In this document: piece after piece, positions 1 to 11,249 of the stretch
Position numbering within the stretch: position 1 is the stretch's first letter
Layout: each line of letters begins with the position of its first letter
Assembly: GCA_964106915.2 (NCBI GenBank)
Contig: OZ066925.1
Length of the DNA: 64,000 nt
Direction: 5' to 3' (one strand)
Source of the DNA: Podarcis gaigeae
Taxonomy: Eukaryota
Notes under the pieces: generated by a model
Database searches by the model: none
What the model was told of the DNA's origin: nothing
Seen by the model: only the letters and a program-made list of their open reading frames with translations
Program-made: the position numbers and the translations under genes

Positions 1-751
1 AAAGCAGTTGTAAATTCTTGGCACCCACTTTTCAGAATAACTTACTTTGCAATATCTAGCGTAGAAAATTCTAATGTGGTTTGCCTGTGCAGATTTCTGG
101 TTTTCTGCAAATCAAAGGGATTGCAGGTGGGGAAATATAGTTCAGGAGTACTCTGGAAATAGTTACAAGCATAGCTGGGGAAGAAATTAATGTATGGAGG
201 AACTAGTGGGTGTGCGAAAGGGAGCAGCAGAAACTGATGATAGATCTGCCCACTCCAAAACACTGGAACAAATAGTCTGTGACCCCAAGTGGAGCACTTG
301 CAGCCCGATTTCCCACAGTTTATTGGATTATCCTTGTATGGTAAGCCTGAATTCACAAGGGGAAAGCATCTAGACTGGTGTTGTGAGGGTAGTACCATGT
401 GGACTATGCAAATAAAATGGGAACACAAACAGTTGCAAACACACAGTAAACTCTGGTGTGGACCATCCCAAAGTGTCTGGAGAACTGAAAATGTTAATTT
501 CAAGAACAGCAGGAATCTAATACAATGGTCAAAACGAAATAACTGCAATGCCTTTCCACACTCTTTTGAATTGTGTATCCACTATGACAAAATGTAGGTG
601 AGCTCCATTTGCAGGCAGCCTTTGGATCCAATTAAGATCATTCTAAAACAATTCATTCTCTCATTTCCAAATGGGATTATTTTTTTATTTTTGCTGTCAA
701 AGTTCTTGTCTCAGCAATGCTGACATTTTGTCAATTTGTTTCTTCGGCCAG

Positions 752-854
752 AGGGAATTCTTGGGGTCAATATTATCCAAATGACAAGTGTCCAGGTAGC
801 AACTACTCAGGTTGAAAACTCCATGGTTGATTTTGTGGTAACCTGTCAAGGGAG
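752..854 (+). CDS. GPNMB: GPNMB internal exon (about exon 8 by human numbering)
   Basis: ccag|AGGGAATT...GGGAG|gtaagt. Translates (E)GILGVNIIQMTSVQVATTQVENSMVDFVVTCQG(S), matching recalled GPNMB 'EGILEVNIIQM...DFVVTCQGS'. Phase fits the next exon. Confidence 0.92.
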
Positions 855-1567
855 GTAAGTGCTTTCATTAATTCCGATAACTCTGCTTCTTGTAAAACTT
901 AGACCATGGAGTACTACAGACATTTAAGTTGTTCCGTTGCAGCAGCACTCATCGTAGCTCACTGAGCTTCTTGCTGATAAAGTGGAATTGCCGAGGATGG
1001 TCCACGGAGCAGAAGTTCCGGGTCTTTTGTGATAGTCACCAGATCTCTGGCCTCTTCCCCTCTGTGCTTATAGGGCAGTGTTGGTGAGACCCACTCACCA
1101 TCTTAGTCTCCCAAAGGCATATATAGGGATGAATTAGTATGTTCAAATTTTATACAGATTTGTTTCAGGAGCCTATGCTCCAAGTTCTTAAAACAGCTAA
1201 CAGTGTCCCTGCTCACATAAAAACCTTGCATCAGGATTTATAAAAAGGCTAGTTCACCAAGGTTTGTGAATTGTCAAATATTACAGAAGACCTTTATTTT
1301 CTGTTAGCCTTTGGCGAATAATGCCTCTAGTTTTTACTCCTGAGTTTTGATAGCCTTTGGGTGTTGCTTTCATTTGGTTCCTGATTTTTGTACTTTACTG
1401 GTTTTTATTGTGTTGTGTTGGTTTTAAATATATATTTTAAGATAAATCCATCTGAACATAGCTTTCACAGAAAAGCAGAACAGAAATGTGATAAACGTCT
1501 GCGAAATGAAAACTGATGAAAAGTCCATAATTTCATCCATCCATCTTTCTTTCTTTCTGCGCCCCAG

Positions 1568-1770
1568 TCTTCCTACAGATGCCTGCACAATAATTGCTGA
1601 CCCCACCTGCCAGGTGTTAGAGAGTGAGGCATGTGACCCTGTTGACATAGACGAGTGCCTGCTGACCATAAGACGGACCTTTAACGAATCCGGAACCTAT
1701 TGTGTGAACATTACACTGGGTGATGCAGCGAGCCTGGCTCTCACAAGCACTTTGATATCCATCAATGGAG
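1568..1770 (+). CDS. GPNMB: GPNMB exon, Cys-rich kringle-like domain
   Basis: ccccag|TCTTCCT...AATGGAG|gtgagt. (S)LPTDACTIIADPTCQVLESEACDPVDIDECLLTIRRTFNESGTYCVNITLGDAASLALTSTLISING has the GPNMB/PMEL signature. Confidence 0.95.
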
Positions 1771-2122
1771 GTGAGTCCTACTGAACATCTGCATTCACAT
1801 TTGCAGTCAGCACCTTGTGGCTCATGAAGCGTGGTGGAGTTGTCTCCCAACACTCCCATAGCTGCTGGTTGTCAGGACAGGATGGAGGCGGGCAGTGGCA
1901 AGGTTAGGACTGTGCAGTTGCATTGACAAGAGTGCAGGATTGGTGTCACATGCAGGGCCAGCCCTAACGTTAGTCAGGTGGCCGCCTCAGGCAACTAATT
2001 GTGGATGCCCTGAAAGATCAGGAAATACTTTGTTATTTAATGTATTATTATTGTAACTATATAACCAAGGAGAGAGAGGTGCTTGTGGGATCTTCAGCCT
2101 CAGTGGCCAAAACACTTGGCTG

Positions 2123-2499
2123 GGTAAAGGTAAAGGAGCCCTGGACAGTTAAGTCCAGTCAAAGGCAACTATGGGGTGTGGTTCTCATCTGACTTCAGGC
2201 TGAGGGAGCTGGCATTTGTCTGGAGACAGCTTTCCAAGTCATGTGGCCAGCATGACGAAACTGCTTCTGGTGCCACGGGACACCGTGATGAGTGCCAGAG
2301 TGCACGGAAATGCAGTTTATGTTCCCGATGCAGTGGTACCTATTTATCTACTTGCGTTGGTATGCTTTTGAACTGCTGGGTTGGCAGGAGCTGGGGCAGA
2401 GCAATGGGAGCTCACCTGTTGCGCAGATTCGAACTGCCGACTTTCTGATTGGCAAGCCCAAGAGGCTCAGTGGTTTAGACCACAGTGCCACCTGCTCCC
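2123..2499 (-). mobile_element. Sauria SINE, full length
   Basis: Reverse (ACCTTT)n tail 'ggtaaaggtaaagg', conserved core 'ggtacctatttatctacttgc', B-box 'gattcgaac'; direct repeat acttggctg on both flanks. Confidence 0.9.
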
Positions 2500-2704
2500 T
2501 ACGACTTGGCTGAACTAAGGTACTGTGACTTGGAGGGGGGCACAAAATTATTTGGGCAGGTCTGGAGTAAGACAGGCACCATTTTTCCATTTCAACAAAG
2601 AATGTGTGCGGTGTCTACAGCAGTTCCCATCAGCTGCAATGATGTCCAGTGTCAGTGGTAGCATCAGGCACATGTAGACTGTGGAGATATTTTATGCCAT
2701 AAGG

Positions 2705-2840
2705 CAGTCTTTGTCAAGGTGGTGCCTTCCTGATGTTTTGAATTACAAATCCCCTCAGCCCCTGCCAGCACCATCATGCTGGCTAGGCTGATGGTAGTTG
2801 TAGCCCAAAATATCTGCATGGCACCAGGTTAGCAAAGGCT
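2705..2840. mobile_element. degenerate palindromic hAT-type MITE
   Basis: cagtctttg...caaaggctg termini; internal motif shared with the copies at 16649 and 30106. Confidence 0.6.
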
Positions 2841-2911
2841 GCTATAAGAGTACTGACCTCCAAGTTAAGGAGTGTGAACTAACATTATGGCCTTTAACTT
2901 TGTCATTCAAG

Positions 2912-3005
2912 CTGCAGGGTCATTTTCAAGGACAGCAGAAGGAGTTCTCCTCGCTTGCGGTTTCTTGGTGGTGTTTGTTGCTGTCGCGACTTTTTTCCTT
3001 TACAA
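2912..3005 (+). CDS. GPNMB: GPNMB transmembrane exon
   Basis: ttcaag|CTGCAGGG...TACAA|gtaagt. (A)AGSFSRTAEGVLLACGFLVVFVAVATFFLY(K) is a hydrophobic TM segment. An alternative in-frame start exists at 2918. Confidence 0.9.
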
Positions 3006-3268
3006 GTAAGTTGCTTGGCCCGGACCTTAAAAACAGTGTCTTTTTTACAATCTTCAACACTCTCACAATTTTCAATGTTCACAAGGAACATTGACAATAC
3101 AGATTGCCCAGTTATACGATCTGAGGAGAAACCAGAGTTACCTTGGAAGAAGATTCCTGCAAGAGTACTGATTTAGTTTTGTTTTATCTATGTATAAATT
3201 ATACCCTGCTCTAAAGCCAATATTGGATACCATATGCAGCTTGCATAAAGGTACAACATATTAGGGAT

Positions 3269-3345
3269 ACATTGTGGTGTGGGCAACACTCCCTTCTTGA
3301 CCTTCTTTGACATTGTGGTGTGGGCAACACTCCCTTCTTGACCTT
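3269..3345. repeat. 36 bp exact direct duplication (period 41)
   Basis: acattgtggtgtgggcaacactcccttcttgacctt at 3269-3304 and 3310-3345. Confidence 0.9.
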
Positions 3346-4338
3346 GGCAGCTGAGGTCCACCTTCTGGTGGCATTGTGGTATTTGTTGGCAACCGTGGTG
3401 TGTGTGTATGTGTGCACCGGGTGGGGGCAGGGGCACAGTGCAGAGGGTGAATAGAACTTGCTGTGCCAGCAATGCTGCCAGGTGGGCACGCTGGGTGGGG
3501 GCAGAGCGCGGAGGGTTCACAGAGCCTGCCACAGGGCCCAGTCCTTGCTACTGGAGTCGCAAAAATGCCACTTGCCCACCTATGCTAGGGGGAATCTGGT
3601 TGGCCAACGTGGCCCTTGGTGGGTGAATCCCTCTGACCATAGCTGTCAACGTTTCCCTTTTTAAAAAGGAAATTCCCTTATTTGAATGGGATTCCTCAGA
3701 AGAAAAGGGGAAAGTTGACAGCTGTGCCTCTGACACTGGCTGGAAGGCCATTCAGCATGGGGCCCTGGGATCTGGTGGTGAGGCCAGGCCAGTCTCCAGG
3801 GCCCAGAGACTCCTGGCAGCATGCAGGGTGGGATGGAGATCCCTGCATGTGGGCGCTTGGTTCGTGCCCCCACAAAATTGTGTGCCTTTGGCTCATGCAT
3901 TATTTTGAGAAGTGTGAATTACCAAAATGAATCCCTCCTCCACTCCTTGTCCTAATCTGACGCTCTAACCACTGCATCACATTGGATCGCTTAAAAAAAA
4001 GGGGTTACAGAACAACAACACCAAATACAATTTTTCTCCTTCATGGTTTAGCCTATGGAAAGTATTTGCAGAGTAGTTTGTTGATGGGTGAGAAGCACAA
4101 GTCTTTCTAAGCATCAAATAGATTTTTTTATACACACACATTGACCAGTTTATTCCCTGGCCAGAAGCTCTTGCACATGCCATAGAATTTTTCAAAATAC
4201 TGACCTGGGCAACAACATTTTGTACAGGAGAATCAAGTGTCTTGTTTTGTTTGTTCTCATCCCAGCCACAGTACTGGCATAGCAATGCACCATCAAGGGA
4301 ATACTTTTCAGTAAATTAATTTTGAAAATTCCTTCCAG

Positions 4339-4492
4339 GAGATATAAAGAATACAAGCCTATTGAAAGAAAAACTGGAGATGAGGCCAGTAATGAAGGAC
4401 TGAGTGTTTATTTCAACAATGTCAAGGCTGTCCTCTTCCCAGCGAACAATGAGAAACATCCTCTGCTGAAAAATAAGCCAGGAATTGTTTAA
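4339..4492 (+). CDS. GPNMB: GPNMB last coding exon, cytoplasmic tail
   Basis: ccttccag|GAGATAT... gives (K)RYKEYKPIERKTGDEASNEGLSVYFNNVKAVLFPANNEKHPLLKNKPGIV*, with a YxxI hemITAM-like motif (YKPI) and dileucine sorting motif EKHPLL. TAA at 4490-4492. Confidence 0.95.
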
Positions 4493-4719
4493 CTCTTCAG
4501 TATGATCACTTATATTTGTATACATTTGGGGATTTGCATTGAACTGTCATTCAATGGAAGAACACCTAAGTGTTAACATCAGGATTTATGTGGTAAGCTT
4601 GCAGTACAATAGAATGGCTGGTGTTGTGTTGCCTTAAAAGGTTAAAATGGCATCTCATGAAGAAATTGATCATACATTTTGCTTGCTTATGTTCTTGGAT
4701 CTGCTGCGGTATATTAGCT

Positions 4720-4725
4720 AATAAA
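4720..4725 (+). terminator. candidate GPNMB polyadenylation signal (proximal); further AATAAA at 7429-7434 and near 8184
   Basis: First AATAAA after the stop codon. Which signal is used cannot be determined from sequence. Confidence 0.35.
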
Positions 4726-5731
4726 TCATTTAATCATTGATGCGGTTTCCTAGACTAGTTACTCCTCCTGAGTATTGCTAAGTGTCTTCTTGGCAGAAAG
4801 ATTTTCTCCAAAAAATTTAAGCTTAGGCTGAAATCTTAGCAAGTCAAGTCCCACCAAACTTGAGGGAGTTTGCTTTGGGGTAAACATGCAGAGGATCATG
4901 CTGTTAAATGGGAATTTCCCTAGTTCCCTAATTAGTGATAATGTGGCTGCTTTGAAAATTATAATAGGTACCTAAGAAATGATCAGCATGTCATATCACT
5001 TACCCCAATGGCTTCAGATGAATAGTAGACATACCCAATATACTCTCCACCAGTTGAGTAACTTGCAGTTACATGACTACTCTTGGTTCTGTTTCCTCTG
5101 CCTCCTAAATTCCTTATACTTGAGATACATGAGAGCAGGATCTACATTCTGCACCCAAAGGAGCAGTAGGCAATGTGCACTGAAATATCCATGGCTCTGC
5201 TCCCTTGGGATGTGTTTGTGTGGGGCTGTTTTTGAGTATACATGCTCCTAGGTCTTTAGGCCACACTAGTCCCCACATCTCTGTTCAGCAGAATATGCCA
5301 TGTGGTGTTGACATGGAGTGATCCTACACAGCTCTATGGTGGTTGGTTTTTTTACTAGACAGCTTTCCTGAACACCTGTGGTTTCATGGCAAAGCACTCA
5401 GCGGAAAGTGTGAGATGTTCTCTTAGAAATGCGCCCTAGCACAAAGATATATTTGCATGATTTCAGTCTGAAACCAGAGGACAAAGCAAGGCTTCCCTGG
5501 TGCAGCTTGCTTTTATGCAATAATTATGTTATGCTATCCATCTAGTTGGAAAACTCACACTGGCACACAGGACACGTTGATTCTAGTACTACATAATCTG
5601 AGTTTAGCAATGCTGGAAATACGCAGACTTTGAAAATAAGCAATATATTTGGCTGAAAACTGCAGCAAGGAGGGTAGCACAATAGGCACAGTAGGATTTA
5701 TGAAATACTGTTTTGCAATATGCCATTTATA

Positions 5732-5793
5732 ATGCAGGGAGTTCTGAAGCCAACCATATAAATTTATATGGTTGGCTTCGGAACTTTCTGCAT
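5732..5793. repeat. 62 bp inverted repeat (31 bp arms, perfect 34 bp central palindrome)
   Basis: atgcagggagttctgaagccaaccatataaa | tttatatggttggcttcggaactttctgcat. Confidence 0.95.
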
Positions 5794-7643
5794 CTTACAG
5801 CTTATTCCACTAAAGAAAATTATGTGGAACTATCTGCCTGCCTTTCTGGAAAATGCACAAAGGGCTTTTGATTAAATCTGTTCAGTATAAATCTGCTTTA
5901 TTTTGTTTTGCAGTTATTTGGCTGCTTAGGTATCTGCCTGATCCTGCAGATTGTGTAGAATACTTTGCTCCACTCATGTCCACACAGGGCTGCTGAAGAC
6001 ATTTTATATCTGAGGCCAAGCCCTCATCTCAACTACTGGGATGAAGGGAGCTCACAAAGGTTGTTGATGGATTTGGGAACTTCAGGCCAGAAGGAAGGGG
6101 GAAAGCCTTTTCTTTATTCCTTTGTCTGCTTCCCCTCTTCTCATTGAGATGGGACGGGGAGGAAGAAAGGAGGACCAAAAATATGAGTCCTTTCCCCCTT
6201 CCCTTTCCCATCTCACAATATTTCCAGGTGTTAAAAACATGGCAATAGCACCCAAAGTTGGACGCAATCACTTTGCACTGCCTCTCAGCACCTGTTCCCA
6301 ACCAGTTTAATCTTTGCAGTGGTGTTTATGATATAGGCAAGGTAGTGTCCTCTTTGATAGCGATGTTTTCCCTGCGGAAATAGGCACAGTGAGCTCTAGA
6401 TGCCAAGAAGCACAGTTCTCCTGTAACTTTAATAACGGTGTAGTTATCATGGCACTGTGGATGTTATGTGATCTTAAGAGTATAGTCATGCAGGCAATTT
6501 AAGTTGAACAATGGTGAATTAATGTTTTCATCCCACACAACTGCTGTTTTGCAGCACATGACTGGTATGCCACAACACTGTTGTAAACATTTTTTACTAA
6601 CTAGTAGGTCAGCATAGTGGCAAGAGACTGAGCTGTGAATCTGGAACACCCTAGTTTGCACCATCTCTTTTGCAATGAACTCATTAAGTAGCTTGAAGCA
6701 ATATAGTGGCTTACAAGGTTGTGTTCAAAATGCTAAATGCTTTTGAAGACTTGAAAGCATGCTATAGAAGTGTTAGGTATTACTGCTCCTAAATTACTAA
6801 TGCACGGAACTGGAATGCTGGACGAATGTTTACCTGAATGTTGTTCAATAAATCTGCAGTATTGCAAAGGACAGTTTAGCTGTGTAAAGTCTGCATGACC
6901 CAATGCTGGTTCTAAACAGAGGTAGCCCCACTGAAATAAAAATGTCACATATAGTGCACTCCTATATAGTATGATGGGTCTACAAGCTTTACAGGATAAG
7001 TATATTTTAAAGGTTTGGAAGTATGAATTAGTATTATCAACTTTTATTTTTCTATCTTTTACAAGTGCACATACTTTTATACAAAAGGCTAGGAAGAGGA
7101 GGGGAGGAAGTGTGAATGATTATAGTTTTAATGTCATGGAAGAAATTGTAAGTTGAATGTGTCTTGCCTTACACTGAAACATCAATATTTCAGTCTGAGA
7201 CAAGAAACAATAAGAATGATTTGCCCCACTTATTGCAACTCTGTTAAGCTGGAGTAGAAAGCTACACTATTATAGTTTGGGTTCTGTCTTTTATAACCTA
7301 CCATTTCCTGGCATGACTTAGAAATGTAGTATGTTTGATATTTTAGTCTATGGAGATCCTTGCAAAATCTTACAGGTTCCTTGCGAAGAGAAAATGTATG
7401 TTTTCTGTCTTTTCCTCTTGCAACTCTCAATAAAGGTATTGATTTTATCTAATATATTGTTCTGAATTTATTAAAGTCCTTTGCTATATTTTCCAAGACC
7501 AAAATGCTCTATATCAATCCCTGTCTGAAGACAATCTGCTTTTGTGAATTCTTTTGCCTTTCCCCCCACTTCTCAATGGGTAAGAAATAATATACATATC
7601 AAAGGACTTCTATTCTCTACATAGGGCCTCTTCATGTGCTACA

Positions 7644-7730
7644 AATGCAGGAATCTTTTGCCCAATATGAGGCCTGAACTCACAACCCTGAGATTAAGAG
7701 TCTTATGCTCTACCAACTGAGATATGTTGG
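7644..7730 (-). mobile_element. tRNA-Lys(CTT)-derived SINE head or tRNA pseudogene joined to CR1-like sequence
   Basis: Reverse complement resembles tRNA-Lys CUU (ctcagttggtagagcataagactcttaatctcagggttgtgagttcag...ttgggc) with several substitutions and a broken acceptor stem. It abuts 'aatgcaggaatc', as seen in the CR1-tail fragments. Confidence 0.7.
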
Positions 7731-8395
7731 TCTCAGGTGCCACAAGCCCTGCTCTAGCCTTTTTGTCACTTGACTCCCCTCCCCCCATTAACATAAGGTA
7801 CCATGCTGCTCACTGCTGCCTGTTCATAGATTGCTTCCATTGTAAAGATCTCTAATGGGGATGGCAAGGGAAAGTTTGAGATCTGGCTCCTTCTGTGCAT
7901 TTAACACAATAAAGAAGTGTTGTTAGAGGCCAAAAGAATCAGGGTGATTTTGGTTCCCATATATCAGCTGTGTGTAAACAGGAGTGATGTTAATATTAGC
8001 CCTCATATCGCTCACACTTATAGACAGGCTATGTCACAGATAGTTGAAGCCCTGGCAATGCATTCAATGATTCAGTTCTTTAACAATGTCCCTGCTCAAT
8101 TCCACACACCCCACATGACTGATGTGCGCATGCAACACCTTACTTTTGTTGGAGTTGATAAATGCCATTTTATCATAGAAACCAATAAAACATTGTAAAA
8201 TTAAATGTCACAAGCCTGGTCATTCTGTGAAGGCTTAAGAGGGCTACCCCTCTAAAGATACTGGAAATTAATCAGTTGTATGAGGTTTTATCCTCTGTTG
8301 GGAGTTGTGTGTGGGTTGACATAATTCAATAGTGTTAGCATCGTAGGATTATCATGTATCTAAAGTGCTTTATGGAAAATTTAAGCTTGAAAATA

Positions 8396-8757
8396 AGGTA
8401 AAGGACCCCCTAATGGACCCCCTGACCATTAGGTCCAGTCGTGGCCGACTCTGGGGTTGCGGCGCTCATCTCACTTTATTGGCCGAGGGAGCCGGCGTAC
8501 AGCTTCTGGGTCATGTGACTAGCATGACTAAGCCGCTTCTGGTGAACCAGAGCAGCGCACACAAACGCCGTTTACCTTCCTGCCGGAGCGGTACCTATTT
8601 ATCTACTTGCACTTTGACATGCTTTCGAACTGCTAGGTTGGCAGGAGCAGGTACCGAGCAACGGGAGCTCACCCTGTCATGGGGATTCGAACTGCCAACC
8701 TTCTGATCGGCAAATCCTAGGCTCTGTGGTTTAACCCACAGTGCCACCTGAGTCCCT
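8396..8757 (-). mobile_element. Sauria SINE, full length
   Basis: Same core as the other copies; 14 bp TSD taagcttgaaaata (8382-8395 / 8759-8772). Confidence 0.93.
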
Positions 8758-9185
8758 CTAAGCTTGAAAATAGTGCTCTGCAAAATGGAAATTTCCTCTT
8801 TTGGATTTTCAAAAACTGTGCACCTGGGTTTTATTACTTTATTCTTTATTCCATTTTGACCAGTTAACACCTCAGCCTTGAACATCTTACTTAGTTGTAT
8901 ATAGGTGCGTGCTACACAATAAAAACATGGCCCTTGTGCTCATGTCCTATTCACAGGTTTCCCATAGGCATTATGTTGACCGCTGTGAGCTCATGATGCT
9001 GGGCTCCTCTCACATTTTAGAGCAAGGTATTGGATGATGACTGGAGATTAGCAGAAGGAACGAATGGAAAAAGTTGGTCCTTAGGGTACCCGGTCAGGTA
9101 ACGGTTCCAGTACTTAGAATGAGATATCTGCACTCTTTGTGCAGCCTGATTTTATGGCTTTCACGGAGTCCACTTCCTTCACCTG

Positions 9186-9239
9186 AAAATCACAGAATTG
9201 TAGAGTTGGGGCTCCAACTCACGACCCTTAGATTAAGAG
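9186..9239 (-). mobile_element. internally deleted tRNA-Lys/CR1-tail SINE
   Basis: CR1 terminus 'aatcacagaattgtagagttgg' fused directly to tRNA-Lys-like 'ggctccaactcacgacccttagattaagag'. Confidence 0.55.
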
Positions 9240-9439
9240 CCTTAAGAAACTCGATTTCCAAGAGGAGCCGAGACTCTCGTTAAGCCCCATGAAGACCAGC
9301 AAGTTGATGAATGCACAAAGTTTTGTGGGCTGGAATCCATTTCATCAGCTGCATCGTTGGTCTTCAGGGCAGCCACCAAACTTTCTTAGCTGGCTTGTGT
9401 TTTCAATCAACTGTTCCAGCAGGGCGAAAACGGAGCAGG

Positions 9440-10220
9440 TTCTCGGGAAGGAGCGCGCCGCGCCGTGGCGAAACAAAGGCGCTCCGAAAGCTCAGCCTCA
9501 CCCCCGCTACTCCTGCAGCGGCTTCCCGAAAAGCTTCTGCGCCTGCGTTCACCGCCCCCCGGCTTTCACGTGAAGAAGCGCGCAGCCAATCGGCAGCGGC
9601 GTCGGCACTCGCGTCATCCGGCGCGCCGAGGAGAGGGGGAGTTTCCCGGAGAGATTCCATTTGGAACGTTGAGTGTTCGTAAGTTCTATCCGAGGAACGT
9701 CGGGGTTCCTCCTCGGGAACCGACGGCCTGCCATGTGGCGGAGCAGCCGCTGCTTGCGGGCGCTGCTGAGGCTGAGGTCTTGGCAAGCCGCGGGAGGAGG
9801 AGGAGGAAGCAGCGGGTTGCGGGAGGCAGCGGCGGCGGCTCCCCGCGTTCCTTCGCGCGCGGGCTCGCTGGGGTTGCGGAGATTCAGCGGGGCGGGCAGC
9901 TCGGAGCTACGGGATGCAGAGGTGGAGCACGGCTTGCAAGAAGACGGGGCAGCCGGGCAAGAGCAGCGCATTGGCTCCGGTGCCGGAGAGGCCGCGGGTG
10001 CGTCTGGTAAGTAGCGCCGAAGCCCCGCTCGGGGTCGGGGCAGGCGGGTGGGCCTTGAACAGCTGTAACCTCCTCGCGCGGTGGTGCAGGGTCAGGGAGC
10101 GAAAGGTCCCGGGGTTCAGCCCCTGCAATCTCCAGGCAGAGCTCGGGAAAGAAACCTTGGAGCGCCGCTGCCTGTTCGTGTGGGCATCGGTGCGTTGGAA
10201 GCACGGGTAGTTTTGGCGGT
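9440..10220 (+). promoter_or_regulatory. MALSU1: MALSU1 CpG island and promoter
   Basis: Very GC- and CpG-rich. GC box 9552-9557, E-box TCACGTGA 9566-9573, NF-Y-type AGCCAATCGG (CCAAT 9586-9590), CRE half-site CGTCA 9612-9616, all upstream of ATG 9733. Confidence 0.8.
9733..10006 (+). CDS. MALSU1: MALSU1 exon 1 (mitochondrial targeting presequence and low-complexity linker)
   Basis: gccATG Kozak context; Arg/Leu/Ser-rich N-terminus MWRSSRCLRALLRLRSW typical of a mitochondrial presequence; donor TCTG|gtaagt, phase 1, matches exon 2. Confidence 0.85.
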
Positions 10221-10319
10221 GCAAGCTGCTCTCCTATGATCAAGGGCCAGAAAGACTGGCCGTCTGTAGGGGCAACCCTACTAAGCTTTTCGACGTGCGA
10301 TGCGGATGGGTCCTCCTTT

Positions 10320-10375
10320 CATAGAGTTGGAAGGGGACCCGAGGGACATCTAGTCCAACCCCTTGCAGTACAGGA
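10320..10375 (-). mobile_element. CR1-type 3' tail fragment
   Basis: 'catagagttggaaggggacccgagggacatctagtccaacccc' is the reverse of the CR1 end seen at 37990-38062. Confidence 0.7.
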
Positions 10376-11178
10376 TTTACAGCATGATGCTGTTGCCCTA
10401 AGAAGAGTTTGTAGAAACTGCAGTGTGGACTTTCTGCTACATCACGGATGGAGAACATGCATGGCCCTCCAGATGCTGTTGAGCTCCAACCCCATCAGCC
10501 CCAGGCAGTGGTCAGGCCTGATGGGAGTTGTAGTCCGAAAAGATCTGGAGGGACACTGTTCTAAAGCCTTTGAGATCCACCCTGTTCGTGGAAGTGGTGG
10601 CTATGTTCCATTAATATCTCTAAAGACTATGCATATTTAATTTTATTTATAGGAATACACACACACACACACACCACACACTCATTAAGAAAATCAAGAT
10701 AAATACAGTAAATACGTCAAAGCATGTAATATTTTCAAATGTTCTCCCCATAGCTAGTGCAGGAGGAGAGGCAGGTGTCCATCTGCTTCCATCCTTGTGT
10801 ACAAGTAGAGGAGCCATCTCCAACCTGGTGCCCTCCAGACGTTGTGGACCACACCTCCTAAAAGCCCCAGCCAGCAAGGCCAATAGCAAGGGATGAGTTC
10901 CTTGGCTGCTTTTCCCTCCCACCAGAGAGCAGATCCAAAAGCATGATAGCTCACCAGACTTCGCTTTCAAAGTCCTCTGCAGTGAGCTTTCAGATCCTTG
11001 CAAGCTCAGTGCACAGGGGGCGCTGAGTTTTAGCTGACACCCCTAAGGCGCTGTATATTACCAGGTCCTGTAGCTTGATCCACACTAGGTTTAGAGCCAT
11101 TTCATGAAAAGCTGCTTTCTGTCTATTAAACCTCTGCAAGAATAGAAGCAAGTCAACCCAGATTTATTGAAAGGAAAG

Positions 11179-11249
11179 AGGGTATGATGTGTACGTAACC
11201 TGGCTATGATATATGATACCTTCCAGGGTATGATGTGTACGTAACCTGG
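11179..11249. repeat. 25 bp exact direct duplication (period 46)
   Basis: agggtatgatgtgtacgtaacctgg at 11179-11203 and 11225-11249. Confidence 0.9.

Noticed and set aside
42-597. 168 aa and 102 aa ORFs at the window start
   Set aside because: No recognisable domain or splice context; they lie in a GPNMB intron and most supplied ORFs begin at non-ATG codons.
3269-3345. CRISPR-like 36 bp repeats
   Set aside because: Only two copies with a 5 nt spacer, in vertebrate intronic DNA, with no cas genes.
7659-7731. Functional tRNA-Lys gene
   Set aside because: Acceptor stem and T arm are mutated, and it continues into CR1-like sequence, so it is SINE- or pseudogene-like.
9289-10243. Multiple overlapping 95-181 aa ORFs on both strands
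   Set aside because: By-product of the stop-poor MALSU1 CpG island; only the frame from ATG 9733 splices into the RsfS domain.
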